Assembly (NCBI RefSeq): GCF_033153115.1
Contig: NW_026889771.1
Location: forward strand, 4,464,001 to 4,528,000
Origin: Saccostrea echinata
Taxonomy: Eukaryota
Reading direction: 5' to 3'
DNA length: 64,000 nucleotides
The position numbers were made by a program, and so were the translations under genes. Positions 48,901 to 59,748 of this stretch are shown in pieces (within the stretch, counting starts at the first letter, position 1; every line of letters begins with the position of its first letter). The notes under the pieces are model-generated. The model was given only the letters and a program-made list of their open reading frames with translations. It had not been told where the DNA came from and searched no databases.

Positions 48901-50612
48901 ATTCTAATAACTCATGCATTGCCCATAGACTTTAATGTAAAATTCAAAGTGCAATTAATTTGACAATAATAAAAAAAATTTAAATTTCTTTGGTGGAGTA
49001 TTTTTATTTCACAACACTATCAAAATGATACCATAATTACAAATATAGGACCATTCATTTATTAGATACAAAATATGGTCGTTATACATTGAATACCTTA
49101 AATTCAGTATACATTTGTACTTGTACAAAAGAAAAAAAAAGAGTTCTTTGAAAATTCTTCTCTGGAACAAAAAATGTTAGAATTTCTATTCATGAATATT
49201 TAGATGTACTTGCAGTTTAAATTGTGGTTAGCTTAGCTGCTGGCCCCTAGACTATTTACACATATGACAAGGGCAACAGTATTCAGAAAGACCATTTATT
49301 TGTAGTGATAACTTACTAGTGTGTATTGCATTGCTTTATTTTTAGGGTCTTTCCTTTCTTAACAACTACAAAGAGCTGAGGGGAGAGTGCCAGGAGACTT
49401 ATTATAACATCGGGAGAGCCCTACATCAGCTGGGTAGGAAAAATATTTGTTATTTGTTATGTGATGAAGAAGTTTATAGAGGCTTATCTACTGTATACAG
49501 GGTTATTTTTGTTTCGTGTTATTTTTTCCCTTTCACATCTGCAAATAATTTTGCCCTGTTTTAAATTCGCCCAATCACAGTTCAGTTTTAGAAAATTATA
49601 CTGTGTTTTTTGAATTCATCCCGTTTTAAATTCGCCCACCTGTGAGTAGGACGAAAGGGGCAAAATTAAAACGGAGGCAAAAATTTCCCTGTATGCAGTA
49701 TTACAGACAATGTCATTGAAGTGAAAAATTGATAAAATTACAAAGAATTCATTGCAAATTATCATGAAAGAGGAAGGAAAGAAAATCATTAACTCTTCAA
49801 TTTTTGTAAAGAAGAAAATGAAGTGGTTTGTTTGTTTGTTTTTTGATTTGGTGCCTGTTTACTGATGCTGACACTGTAAATTGTATACAGTCAACTTTAT
49901 AATACCGGTACATGTATTTTGATTCTTGTAGGACTGACCTATGCTGCTGTCCATTACTACAAAAAAGGTCTTACATTTCCCCCAATGGTGGAGGATGAGG
50001 AGGTTTGTATATTACACAGAAATTACATTACAATCTTGATATCATTCATGTGCTGTTGGCGGAAATCATTTTTGTCTTATTTAGGCCATCTTTAAAAAAT
50101 TGTTTGTTTGCCCTCTCCCTAGTGACTGGCTAAAAATGGCCCTACACAGAACTTTTTTTAACATCCAAGAAACTTTTTTTTTTATTAATTCAGGAATTTT
50201 TTCCTGTTAACAATACATGTATTTTGATTTTAGGAATACCTTTGATTTTAATATATTTTAAAAATTCAGCATAGATGTTAAATTTTTTCAGGAAAAAATT
50301 TTCCCACCTTGTAGGAATATTGTTCATATTTTGTGATTTGCAATAAGAATTATCTTTCTGTATGTCTTTCAAAACATAGACATAGAAACATTATGTCCCC
50401 AGTAATTGTTGGCACCGTATATTTTTTTTTTAATGTTAAGAACTTTGAGATTAGTATGTTATTAATTTTAATATGATAATTTTTTATTTTTCTTGTAACA
50501 GAATCGGTTTGACCTGACCCGACAGCTAGCTTATAACCTGGTTTTGATCTACAAAACAAGTGGGTCTGAGGCTCTGGCCAGACAAGTTATGCACCAGTAC
50601 CTAGTCATCTGA
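30932..50612 (+). CDS. GTF3C3: General transcription factor IIIC subunit 3 (TFIIIC102, TPR protein), 26 coding exons, 943 aa
   Basis: Exons 30932-31099, 31955-32201, 32478-32675, 33347-33360, 35585-35699, 36229-36305, 36440-36554, 37483-37658, 38848-38935, 39214-39272, 39609-39721, 39916-40003, 40678-40824, 41677-41857, 43404-43432, 43535-43664, 44804-44875, 45493-45545, 45922-46026, 46334-46420, 46563-46661, 46924-46999, 47621-47745, 49346-49433, 49932-50002, 50502-50612; phase-consistent (2832 nt). Motifs YL.GKISF.EF, GLMGEAN, PFQTLGMIYEDQGD, GDLYLDVAEAY, RFCLR, NGHNA, CQETYYNIGRALHQLG, AYNL.LIY. Confidence 0.95.
31282..31751. mobile_element. 470-bp near-perfect palindromic MITE with 5-bp TSD (TTTAA) in GTF3C3 intron 1
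   Basis: CAGGTC(C/T)AGTCCAAAGACTATTT... arms of ~230 bp around a short loop near 31510; TTTAA on both flanks. Confidence 0.85.
32950..33110. mobile_element. Tc1/pogo-type MITE (CAGT...ACTG, TA TSD)
   Basis: TA|CAGTCAAACCTCACTATCTCGAAC...GTTCAAGATACTGAAGTTCAACTG|TA. Confidence 0.75.
33390..35507. mobile_element. Non-autonomous Kolobok-like DNA transposon (~2.1 kb)
   Basis: TTAA TSD (33386-33389, 35508-35511); TIR AGACGTACAACACAC / GTGTGTTGTACATCC; purine-purine termini; no coding capacity seen. Confidence 0.8.
36144..36203 (+). repeat. Partial duplicate of the GTF3C3 exon-6 5' end upstream of the true acceptor
   Basis: ag|tccagaggcaggcctgccttttcagacactagacatgatttatgaagat versus exon ctccagaggcacacctgccttttcagacactaggcatgatttacgaagat. 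Confidence 0.9.
37753..38568 (+). mobile_element. Non-autonomous Helentron (HINE) with ~170-bp tandem repeats
   Basis: TTTTAAGCTCACCTGA 5' end, (GTT)n, internal repeats, 3' CTCAGGTGAGC plus GGCCCATGAGCC hairpin and TCTTGTT. Confidence 0.85.
39997..40250 (+). repeat. ~56-68-bp tandem repeat x4 carrying copies of the GTF3C3 exon-12 donor
   Basis: TGGCACAG|GTAATATAT with GT at 40004, 40060, 40128, 40190. Confidence 0.9.
41378..41601. mobile_element. PIF/Harbinger MITE, same family as 9612-9831
   Basis: Colinear with 9612-9831; right end CTTAGTCGTAAGTTCTTTTGTAAAAC; CAG flanks. Confidence 0.8.
41956..43220. mobile_element. Non-autonomous Tc1/mariner element with nested MITE (42948-43154)
   Basis: TIRs CGAGGGTTGTTGGAAAAGTT / AACTTTTCTAACAACCCTCG, TA TSD; inner CTGTAAAC...GTTTACAG MITE. 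Confidence 0.85.
43936..44712. mobile_element. Non-autonomous hAT element
   Basis: TIR TAGTGTTGTCAA / TTGACAACACTA; exact 8-bp TSD ATAAAAAG; subterminal GAGTA/TACTCG/AACCG repeats. Confidence 0.9.
45626..45829. mobile_element. Tc1/mariner-type MITE (degenerate)
   Basis: TA|CTGTGGATC...GATTTACAG|TA. Confidence 0.6.
46487..46560. repeat. 24-bp tandem repeat x3 abutting the GTF3C3 exon-21 acceptor
   Basis: GAGTAATTTATTGTGTTATTTTGT units. Confidence 0.85.
47762..49255 (+). mobile_element. Old Helentron/HINE-like element with degenerate internal repeats
   Basis: TTATTAGCTCAC start; degenerate repeats resembling those in 37753-38568; 3' end approximate. Confidence 0.5.
49491..49698. mobile_element. 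Tc1/mariner-type MITE
   Basis: TA|CTGTATACAGGG...CCCTGTATGCAG|TA with internal TTTAAATTCGCCC repeats. Confidence 0.75.
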
Positions 50613-50832
50613 GGTATAAACCACAAGAGTTAGGGAAATTTCCTGTAAAGATCCTGTAATCCATCAAAAAGATTTTGGGAAATTTACAAAGCATATTGAA
50701 TGTTAACTGAGAAACTTTATTGACCTGATGGTGACATGCTTTAAGAATTTGCCCGTCATCTTGAAATTGAAGTTAACTACATATTTATATGATCATATAT
50801 ATAGACAAAAATATAAACATTAAAACAATTTT

Positions 50833-50966
50833 TTGTTTGTTATGTCGGAAATTATCATTGCAGCTATCACAGAAAAAATTTACATAACCCACTTAGGTGG
50901 GTTCTAAGTGGGTTATGTATTTTTTTCTGCAACAGCTGCAATATTAATTCCCATACTAACAACCAA
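50833..50966. repeat. ~135-bp imperfect palindrome just downstream of the GTF3C3 stop
   Basis: ttgcagct...agaaaaaatttacataacccacttag-gtgggtt-ctaagtgggttatgtatttttttct...agctgcaa. Confidence 0.75.
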
Positions 50967-52959
50967 AGAAATCATTTTATTGTGTTGGCCTACAGTAATT
51001 TGTTTAGTCAATGAAGCTTAATTGATATTGCAGTGAAAAACGGTGGTAATATTGGAAACACAACAGCAGTTAAGATAACTTTGGAACACATCGTCACTTA
51101 CAGATTCTTCCAGCAGCGCTTCTACAAGCTATGAAGTAGAAATTGACCGATATGGAACTTGCATAAATGTTGAGAAATGAATTGCACAGATCAGATTAAA
51201 TTCTGATTGGATGAGCTGTGACCTTGACCTCACTGTGTGTGCAGGGTAAATATGAGATTGACAGCAAAAGTGGAGAGAAACCGTAGACGTATCGTTTGAG
51301 TGTTCACGAGTTGTATCAATTTTGTTAGATTACCATAGAAGTTTAAGCTGTATAAGATTTCTGATCTCTTTTTAGGACACAGTCTGAAAAGTTAAGGGAT
51401 GGTGTTACTAATTAAGTAATCTCCCTTCCCCCTTCCTTAGAGAATTGAATAATAAGATTACATTTTTAAGGATTAATAACAGAGTAAGAAATACATGTAA
51501 ATCGAGTTGCTTAGAAAATATTGATATAGCTTCTTGGATGTCATGACATCATTGTTTTCAAATGCAACACAGACTGAAGAATTAGGGTTGACCAATAAAA
51601 TCTGCAAGAATGCTTCTATGTTTGCTTTCTAATTTGAGTTCTATCACTTCCATGCAAGTAAAATACAGTATAAATATGTGTATTGGATGTGCAGTTGCAG
51701 ATCAAATCTTATGAATTAAAAAAATACAGAACTCGATTCAAAATTAGGTAAGTTAAAGGAGACATATAATACAAGACAGGAATAAACACAGTCGGTTCCA
51801 CAAGCGTCTACACAAACGGACAGAAACGCATATAAACCAATCATTATTTCGTAAGTAGCTTTATTAATTTGGAAATAAAATATAAATTTCTGATTAATGA
51901 CTTTTTTTTTTTGGTAGGCAAGCAGATATTACATTTTGAAGCACAGGAAACTTTATGAGGGAGATATTTGTTTTCTGAATGTAACAACCGATAAAACGAG
52001 ATTCTAATTTGGGCTGAATTGAAAGCATTTTTAAAAAATCGATGAATTACTTTAACGTGGTTGCAGAAGTCCAAACAGTGTGTCGGTGTTTTATTGGATA
52101 GTTTTTTCAACCAATCAAGAACATCTTTAGTGGAAGAAAGTTAGATTTTAACATTTATTTACTGAACAAAATATTTAACAAATTATAAACTGAAATCCGG
52201 GAGATGTTGGACACTTACAGAAAAACGTGTATCATTCATTGCAATCATTGCTATGAAATTCATCGAAATTTATCTCACCCTAGCTTTGTATTTATTCTGA
52301 ATCTGTGTGGAAATCACACATTTCCTCCGTTATATCGGAGCTATTTAGTACAGCATGAGCGTATCCAACTTCCATCACTCTAAGTACTGTAGTATTAAAT
52401 TTCCTCATGTTGATTTACGTTTTAAAAAAAATACTGATAGTTCTTTTCGTTGAATTTTGAACGCTCTTTTGCTGCAATTTCACTTTTTTTTCCAAGAACG
52501 GAAATGATAAAGCCTCAGATTTATTGATGTCAGTCAAATATCTTGAAGTGTATGAATCCTCCTTGTCGCCCTTGATGGATTTTAGCATGTTATATAGCAA
52601 AACAATAAAATGTTTATGAATAATTCGTCAAATGTCCATCGATCGAACTGTTCGTTTTTTCTTTTCCTTTTTTTTAAATCAAAAATGCCTCTATAACAGA
52701 AACTTTTTGATGTGCGCCAAGAAGCGAGAGAGTGTACTTTTGGAGAAAGGTCGATTCAAAGGCGAGGACCTACTTGTGACGTATTTACTTCCGTAGATTC
52801 TACTGATATACTCGATGAATTGTATTTGTGTAGTCTATTCCATTACTTGCTTACTGAACAGGAGTTTATTAACACGAGGCGAGAAAAGAAAGAGCGCTTA
52901 ACGCTGAAGGGAAAACTAAAAGTCGCTAATGGGCTAGTCACTATAACTTCAAAATCACG

Positions 52960-53152
52960 TTCGATATATAATACTTGTTGATGCCAGCTCGCAAACGCTG
53001 GTTAGGAGCGAACGTTTTGTTCTCTGTTGTATAACGCGAAAGTGTGAGAACCAGAGGTTTTGAAGCGCATGGATGATGAATTGGTATCGCAATTAATTAG
53101 GAAATGCCCTGAATCGATTAGCTAAATAATCGCTGGATACTACAGGTTTCCC
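52960..53152 (+). promoter_or_regulatory. Putative TATA box and 5' leader with an 18-aa uORF (53069-53125) of the KCNE-like gene
   Basis: TATATAA near 52965, CpG-richer surroundings, TGACGT at ~52777; uORF MDDELVSQLIRKCPESIS*. Confidence 0.4.
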
Positions 53153-54065
53153 ATGGGTAAGGACAAGAGATAGCTGTTCTTTTTAGTAAGTTACGATTTA
53201 ATGCTTTAATTTGTTGCTAAATTAAGCATTTATTTTATGTTGAGTAGTCTAAAAATTCTTAAATCCTAATCTTAAAGTATAAATTCCTGGAATTTCTATT
53301 TAAATCAACCAGATTCAAATTATATAAAACACAACTTTCCTGTACGGAAGATAAAAACGTATATCACTGGAAAGGAAAAAAAAACTAGTTAATTACCAGA
53401 GGACGGCGATTGAAAACCACAAAGACTTTAAAATTAAAGTTTCAGTCTGTTGAACCGCCTGCGTTTTAGTGATTTGTAGAAAATCTGTTTTCATAAAAGG
53501 TATATGCAGTGATCTGGACCAGATAGAAATCTCGATATAGTTTTGGATGAGTTGAACATCTATCTGTCAAATCAATATTGACAAGGATTCTTCTGCAGGA
53601 CTTCATCTCAAAAGAAGTCTTCAAGATGAGGAAATCCAATTCATTTCCAAGACAGTGAAGGCAACAAGTGGCAGCATGTTGGCGCTCAATACCAGCGACC
53701 CCAATAGTAATGTGACTCCGTTTGGTGATATTTCTGTGACGTCACAAGAAACAAAGAATGTGGCGGATCTACAGCCTATGAAAAATGACAAAGAAGCTTT
53801 GTTTTATATCATAACAGTATTGATGTTTTACGCTGTAAGTATTGTGATTTTAATGGTGAAGTATTTACGACGGGAAAAGCAGGAGGCTGAGTTTACGAAC
53901 TACTATTATGAATATGTGTCACGTGACAAGTTCCAGGATCCACTGTATCAAAATTCCGTCAATGTACAGAGAACAATGAAGACAGTCAATGGAAGAAGAG
54001 GTAAAATCGTTCCTAGAGAAGACATATTATACCGTCAGTTGGCTTTTTCAGAAACTTGTGTATAG
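53153..54065 (+). CDS. Small single-pass membrane protein, KCNE/MinK-like (156 aa; 129 aa if started at ATG 53676)
   Basis: ATGG|gtaagg (53153-53156) spliced to ctgcag|GA (53599) is in frame with ORF 53655-54065. N-glycosylation sequons NTS and NVT, one TM (ALFYIITVLMFYAVSIVILMV), basic KYLRREK, C-terminal ETCV. Confidence 0.75.
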
Positions 54066-56831
54066 AACAGTCTTTTGAAGTGAGTTGTGTCACTTTTTCA
54101 GACAGAAAGAACCCGTTTTCTGTGTTCGTGTCACAATTATCATCATTTCAGATGTTTCTCGCATAAAGCTACCTGTACATGTAAAGATTCTAATTTGTTT
54201 AAATCATGACCCCCCCCCCCCCCCCCATCGCGGAGCCAGTTCTTGGGAGATCATATTTTTATATCAAAAAACATAGCAAGGAATATAATTATTTAGAGTG
54301 TTCCAAGGTATGTCTGCTGTGTAGCATCATTAAAGATGTAAATAAATATAAGAGTGGTCAGTATTTATTTGCTACTAGTATATCGTAGTTCATGCATTTG
54401 CCTGCATAAAAAAATCAACGGATATAGGAAGACTTTCATAGAATAGCAAAATCATATGAAATGTGACAATTACATAAAAACATGATTCCCCAACCCTCAA
54501 AGCTATAAGGAATAATGATTAGAAAATAGAAATAATTATTATTTAACCAACAATTCCCCAGAGTCATGAATTGAGAGAGATTTCAGTCTGTTGTCAGTTT
54601 AAAAGTAAAAACTTTATATGATGTGCGATCTATTTTGGTATACCAGTCAGGATGTATGCAGGATGTATTTTCATATTATTTAAATTTCAATTTGTTTTGG
54701 TAACTGTATATTATTATTATTATTAATAATAATTTATTAAGTTTTAAAGTACAGTATCATTCGAGCTCATACAGATGTGATATATAAGCTTGTTATAGAA
54801 ACTCTGCTTCTTAAAATTCAAAAGATAAGTTTTGATTTAACCGTTCGAAGTCCTTTTGCAAAAGAGGTCAAAGGTCAAGTGGATTTTCACGCTTTTTTTA
54901 AAGAATATTTTATGACAATCAGCGCATATGCTAAATAGCACAGCTTACCTCTTTATTGTCAAAAAATAATCTGTATGTTGGTTCTATGAATTATTTTGAA
55001 AAATATATCAAAAGGTCAAGTTCAAAGGCCACGAGGTGGGTAACCTTGATATTTTGCAATAGCCATAGTAGCAAGTTATGTATGTGCAAAATATTATACC
55101 ATACCTCATACAGTTCTCAAGATATAGGGTGTTACAGACGGATGGACAGACTCCGGGTAAAGTGATCCCTTAGTGTCGCTCTGCTCTGCAGGCGACACAA
55201 TAATTAACTTGAGGACCGTTCAGTTGAGCGATGTAACCCCCCCTTTTTTTTGTTTTAGATTTTAGTGAACAAGTGTTTACACTATTACCGGTATTAAATT
55301 TTTCTAGATATTAATTTTACAATTCTGCTCCTGAAAATAATGTCCTTAAGCATGTTGAGTAGAGGAGATCAGGCTTTCACAGATGTATTTTCAATAAATG
55401 ACCAATGAATCCTCACCATTTTTATGTCTTTTCTCAGTCAGGAGTCACAAATGAAGGCTTAGCCAGAAAAGGACATGAGCACTCATTTTCTAACCCACTT
55501 CGTCTAAACCAGTAGAGCTGGAGACTCCTCAGAGATTTATGATTTATCTCCTCTACTGTACATATAGGGTATTCGGATGTTTCTGTCGAGTATTAGGACT
55601 CCCCCTAGGTCGATGTTCTTGTCTTATTTGTCATACAATAATTCCGCTGCAATGTAACACATCAAAACCAAAAAAAAATAAAAAGAAATTATATATATTC
55701 GTAACCAAAAAAAATATTAATAAAATAAAATAATTTTGATAAAAAAAATCTGTTTTTACGCAGAAATTACCGTCCTGACACCCTGACATTGGTTATTTAA
55801 ACCAATTTTGTGAACCAGTTACTTTCTTTATAGACAAGAAAGATCAAGTTGATTCAATATACTGTGAAGAAAATTGTGAAAAATGGGGATTGTGGATTGT
55901 AGTCAATTTAAAAAAAATATATATTTGGAAGCATTTTATGGACTGTACATGTATAGGTATTAGTTTTCGTTTGACAATCAGAGAGAAGATGGATAGAGAA
56001 AGGGATGGTTATTAAGGGAGAAGGAATATTCTGAGAGAAAGTCGATTTTCGGAGACAAGTTTGCGTTTGTTTGATCAATAACCAAATAAACCCACTGTTG
56101 CCCATGATTTAAACGACAACATAAGAGCCCTTTGCCATGCCATATACAAGTTCCCCTATCATACAACGATGCACGCATGTTATTCGACGCCATATATGGC
56201 TGGTTTATTTACTTATGTAAAGATACGTCATGTTAATCGATTATAATCGGAAAACGAAAGAAAAACTATTTCCTTCAATAGCAATCAAATTATCGTAGTG
56301 GAAGGATGTTATTTTTCTTCTTCTTTTTTGTTTATTATTATCTCGCGTAATTTGAATTGAAATTTATAGATTGACTCAAAGCTGATATGCGAACAAATTA
56401 AAAGAAATGAAAAAAAACAAAAAACAAATTGAACTATTGAAGCAAACAAACAAATTACTTACGGGCTACCAGTATATAGGACTAAATCAGTTTATAGGGG
56501 TGGGGGTGGATTCCCCCGAAAAGAAATACTGAAGGCCAGTTTAAGAAGGTTTGATTGAAGCTTGGTGTTTCACTTGAAGTCAAAGCGAAAATACTGGTGA
56601 TTTGACACTTTCATAATAAAACATGAATCTTACTGTTGAATAAACGTAGCTTGAAGCTTCTGACTCTGAATTCGCCGCTAAAATAATATCTTACAGTTGT
56701 GGTAGAACTAATGTACGTTTTTGCGTCTTATGTTGGTACCGATTTTCCTGCTTGCAGCAGTTGATCGAAATATTAGAATTTGTCAGTTTTACATACTGAA
56801 CTTACTTATGCTTTTGTGTTTTGCGATCGAA

Positions 56832-58035
56832 AACAATAGGCTTATGGGGCACACAGCTCACCTGACATTGTATTAGCTTTATGCCAATTAAGCAATGAAG
56901 CCACACCATCTACTGTCGCCAAATTGCGGAAGAAGCACCCTTGCTCATCATAACCATGCACTTAGTGTGTCTGCTAAATACCAGGAGCAGAGAGTAAGAA
57001 AAAGATTAAGATGTTTTTAACGTACTAATGTTTTTTCACTTAGGAGGTATATGTATAGATTTACAAATTTTGTTTTCTTTCCCTTTTTAAGGTTTATGAA
57101 TATTTTCAACCATACTTTACGAGCATTTCCTCCAGTTAGAAAGTATTAAAAAGATACTAAAATATACGCATTTGTAAAACAATTTTCTATAGTGTTGAAA
57201 AGTTCAGCAGAAGAAACTGCGTTGTTGGTTTTATGTAAATTATACAGTTTATACACTAGGGAATTACATACAGAGTGACGTAATGATTGAAATTAAGTTT
57301 TTGATTTATATGAAAATCAAGTATTTCTCAGTTTCGACGTTTTACAGAATTTTGTTATAAACATGCAAATTGGGAATTATTAAGTTTTGATTTGCTTTTG
57401 TTTGCTGTGTAAACATAAACTTAAATTTTGTTTTATCAATTTTTAAATCATTAGGTTCTGTGGACACCACTTTTTGATTTCTTCATAATCAGAACTTTGT
57501 TCTGTTTCTTTACGTTGCAAATAATAAATTACAAATAATAAACATGCCGAGAAGCATCATTCCCAAAATTATCTACGTGTATATATGAGTGATTGACATG
57601 TAACGGAAAGTCATTAATTGATACATTATAGAGACAAGGAAAGACCAAAATCGATCGACCCTTGTAGCACACCTGTTATATCAGGTAAACATCTAATAGA
57701 ACATGTACCAAATTTTACACATATGATTCTGTACAAACGAAAACTGAAGCTTTTATTCTTTATTACTTTTGTTTCCCTCCTGGAGGTTCTTGATATCTAT
57801 AACATATACCACTATATTTTCATTATTTCTTAATCACCTCCCCTGAAAGAGTGAAAAGATATTTATTTGAAATCCGGGATCACCTTCAAGTATATCTTTG
57901 AGGAAAATTTGCTTGAAATTGTCCCAGTGCTTCTGGATAAGACACGATAAGTGCACAGACAACACTCGACATATCGATGGATGCTTGACAAACTTCAATC
58001 AGAAAAGATCACAAGAAATGGCTCAGGTGAGTTAA
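56832..58035 (-). mobile_element. Degraded Helentron/HINE element containing a LINE fragment
   Basis: Ends AACAATAGGCTTATGGGGC..AGCTCACCTGA and GGCTCAGGTGAGTTAA. Confidence 0.6.
57300..57760 (-). mobile_element. Degraded non-LTR retrotransposon (CR1/L2-like) reverse-transcriptase fragment
   Basis: Minus strand reads GVLQGSI..G.....INDFP (cf. [21 protein letters not shown]) and, further on, KKWC..N.M, with frameshifts. Confidence 0.6.
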
Positions 58036-58829
58036 CAAGAGGTCCATGGGCAACAACGCTAACCTGAGTCTCCTTGGCCCTATTGTTCTTTAGATTTTCA
58101 AGATTTTTTTTTTTACCTTCTATATTCCTATGAAAACTTTTTGACCCCATTTGGAAGGCCCGCCCTACCCGGGGGGGCATGATCTGAACCACATTAAATC
58201 TGCAATACCTGGGGATGCTTGCATTTTATATAACTAAACATGGCCCTGCTTTTTTCGTTATCAGATTTCTTTCGTATATATTCTCTTGTAAACTTTTATT
58301 CCCTAGTTTGGCCCATCCTGCTCCTAGGGCTAGGAGTTGAACAAATATAAATTTACACTACCTGGGGATGCTGGATTAAAAAGATGACAAAGCATGACTC
58401 TGCTAGTCTTGAGGTTTTTCTTAACATTTCTATGGAAAACTTCGACCCACTTTTTGGCCCCATCTAGCCCCTGGGGCCATGACTTCAACAAACTTAATAT
58501 CTACATAACTGGTATACACATAGAAGCTTCACTTGTTTGCGCACGTTTTATCCTTTATGGCCCAGTGGTTCTTGAGAAGGTTTTAAAAGATGCCGCTAAA
58601 TTTTCATTATTTTTTAATTATCATCCCTTGAGAAAGTGTGTGGCACTTCATTTCATTTAATCTTAATCCCCTACACCAGAGGATGCTTTGCGGCAAGTTT
58701 TATTGAGACTGGCCCAATGATTCTGGAGAAGATCTAAATATGAAATGGTTTGCAAACAACACTAGACAGAAGACGGACTATTTTAGAAAAAAAATCTCAC
58801 TTGAACCTTTTGTTCAGGTGAGCTAAAAA
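58034..58829 (-). mobile_element. Non-autonomous Helentron (HINE)
   Basis: AACAAGAGGTCCATGGGC..GCTAACCTGAG at one end, TTCAGGTGAGCTAAAAA at the other, internal ~150-bp repeats. Confidence 0.8.
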
Positions 58830-59084
58830 TCAATTTTCAATCTGTTCTTTCATCTTTATATATAATAGAAAAAAATATATATTCACACGACAGACTGTTC
58901 TGCAGGAAACGTATTGTCCTTTTCATATATTTAGTTTTTTTTGTTTTTTTTGTTTTGTTTTTTTTTTTTTGATATTTTGCTAATTTTTGATTGGCCATAT
59001 GCATAAAATTTGTACGAATACGGTAGTTTTGCTTTCATCAGGTGGGATGTATTATTGGTGTAACAAATTCTAGTATACATCAAA

Positions 59085-59088
<4 letters not shown>

Positions 59089-59129
<41 letters not shown>
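59089..59129. repeat. (AT)n microsatellite
   Basis: About 20 AT units. Confidence 0.95.
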
Positions 59130-59132
<3 letters not shown>

Positions 59133-59300
59133 TTAAACTAGTATTGGAGAACATAATCACTTCATATGAAAGAATGATCAGCAATCTAAAAAAGACTTTT
59201 AACCCCAACCCCACACCAAAGGAGGTACGTCACGGAATTTAAAAAAAATACGGCATATTTTAAATAGGTTTGTTGCAAGACTCCCTTCTTCTGTTCATGA

Positions 59301-59345
<45 letters not shown>

Positions 59346-59748
59346 TTCACTGCATGTTTACCCTCTCTCTGTCAAAGTTTGAGATAGCATCTCTTCCTAA
59401 ATAAGTATAAACCTCTCCTATCATTTTTAAAGTCTCTCACTGCTTTCATCACAGAAATCACTGGGCTTTAAGTGTTTGTTTTTTTAAATAGGACTAGTTT
59501 TGGAAAAATAGGGTATCATAGGACAATTTTTTGAGTTATACGAATATTATAGGGATAGTTCTCTCTATTTCCTCTTTTCCTATTTAAATACCATAACACA
59601 GGCATACATGTGTCTATTTGTGTGATCGCTTACCAATAACAAACCATCTACATTACTTCTGGGGAACTTCGGTTAAGCTCTTAAAATATCTTCCACAAAT
59701 CTTCAGCATTGCCTTGGCATCATGCTGTATGTCGTATGCATGAAATGA

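Noticed and set aside
52000-52600. Possible minus-strand spliced gene divergent from the KCNE-like promoter (ORF 52415-52600)
   Set aside because: The required intron would be only ~39 nt, the next segment hits stops, and no recognisable domain is present.
55908-56193. Short minus-strand ORFs in a CpG-richer patch
   Set aside because: No splice partners or recognisable motifs; could be regulatory but unsupported.
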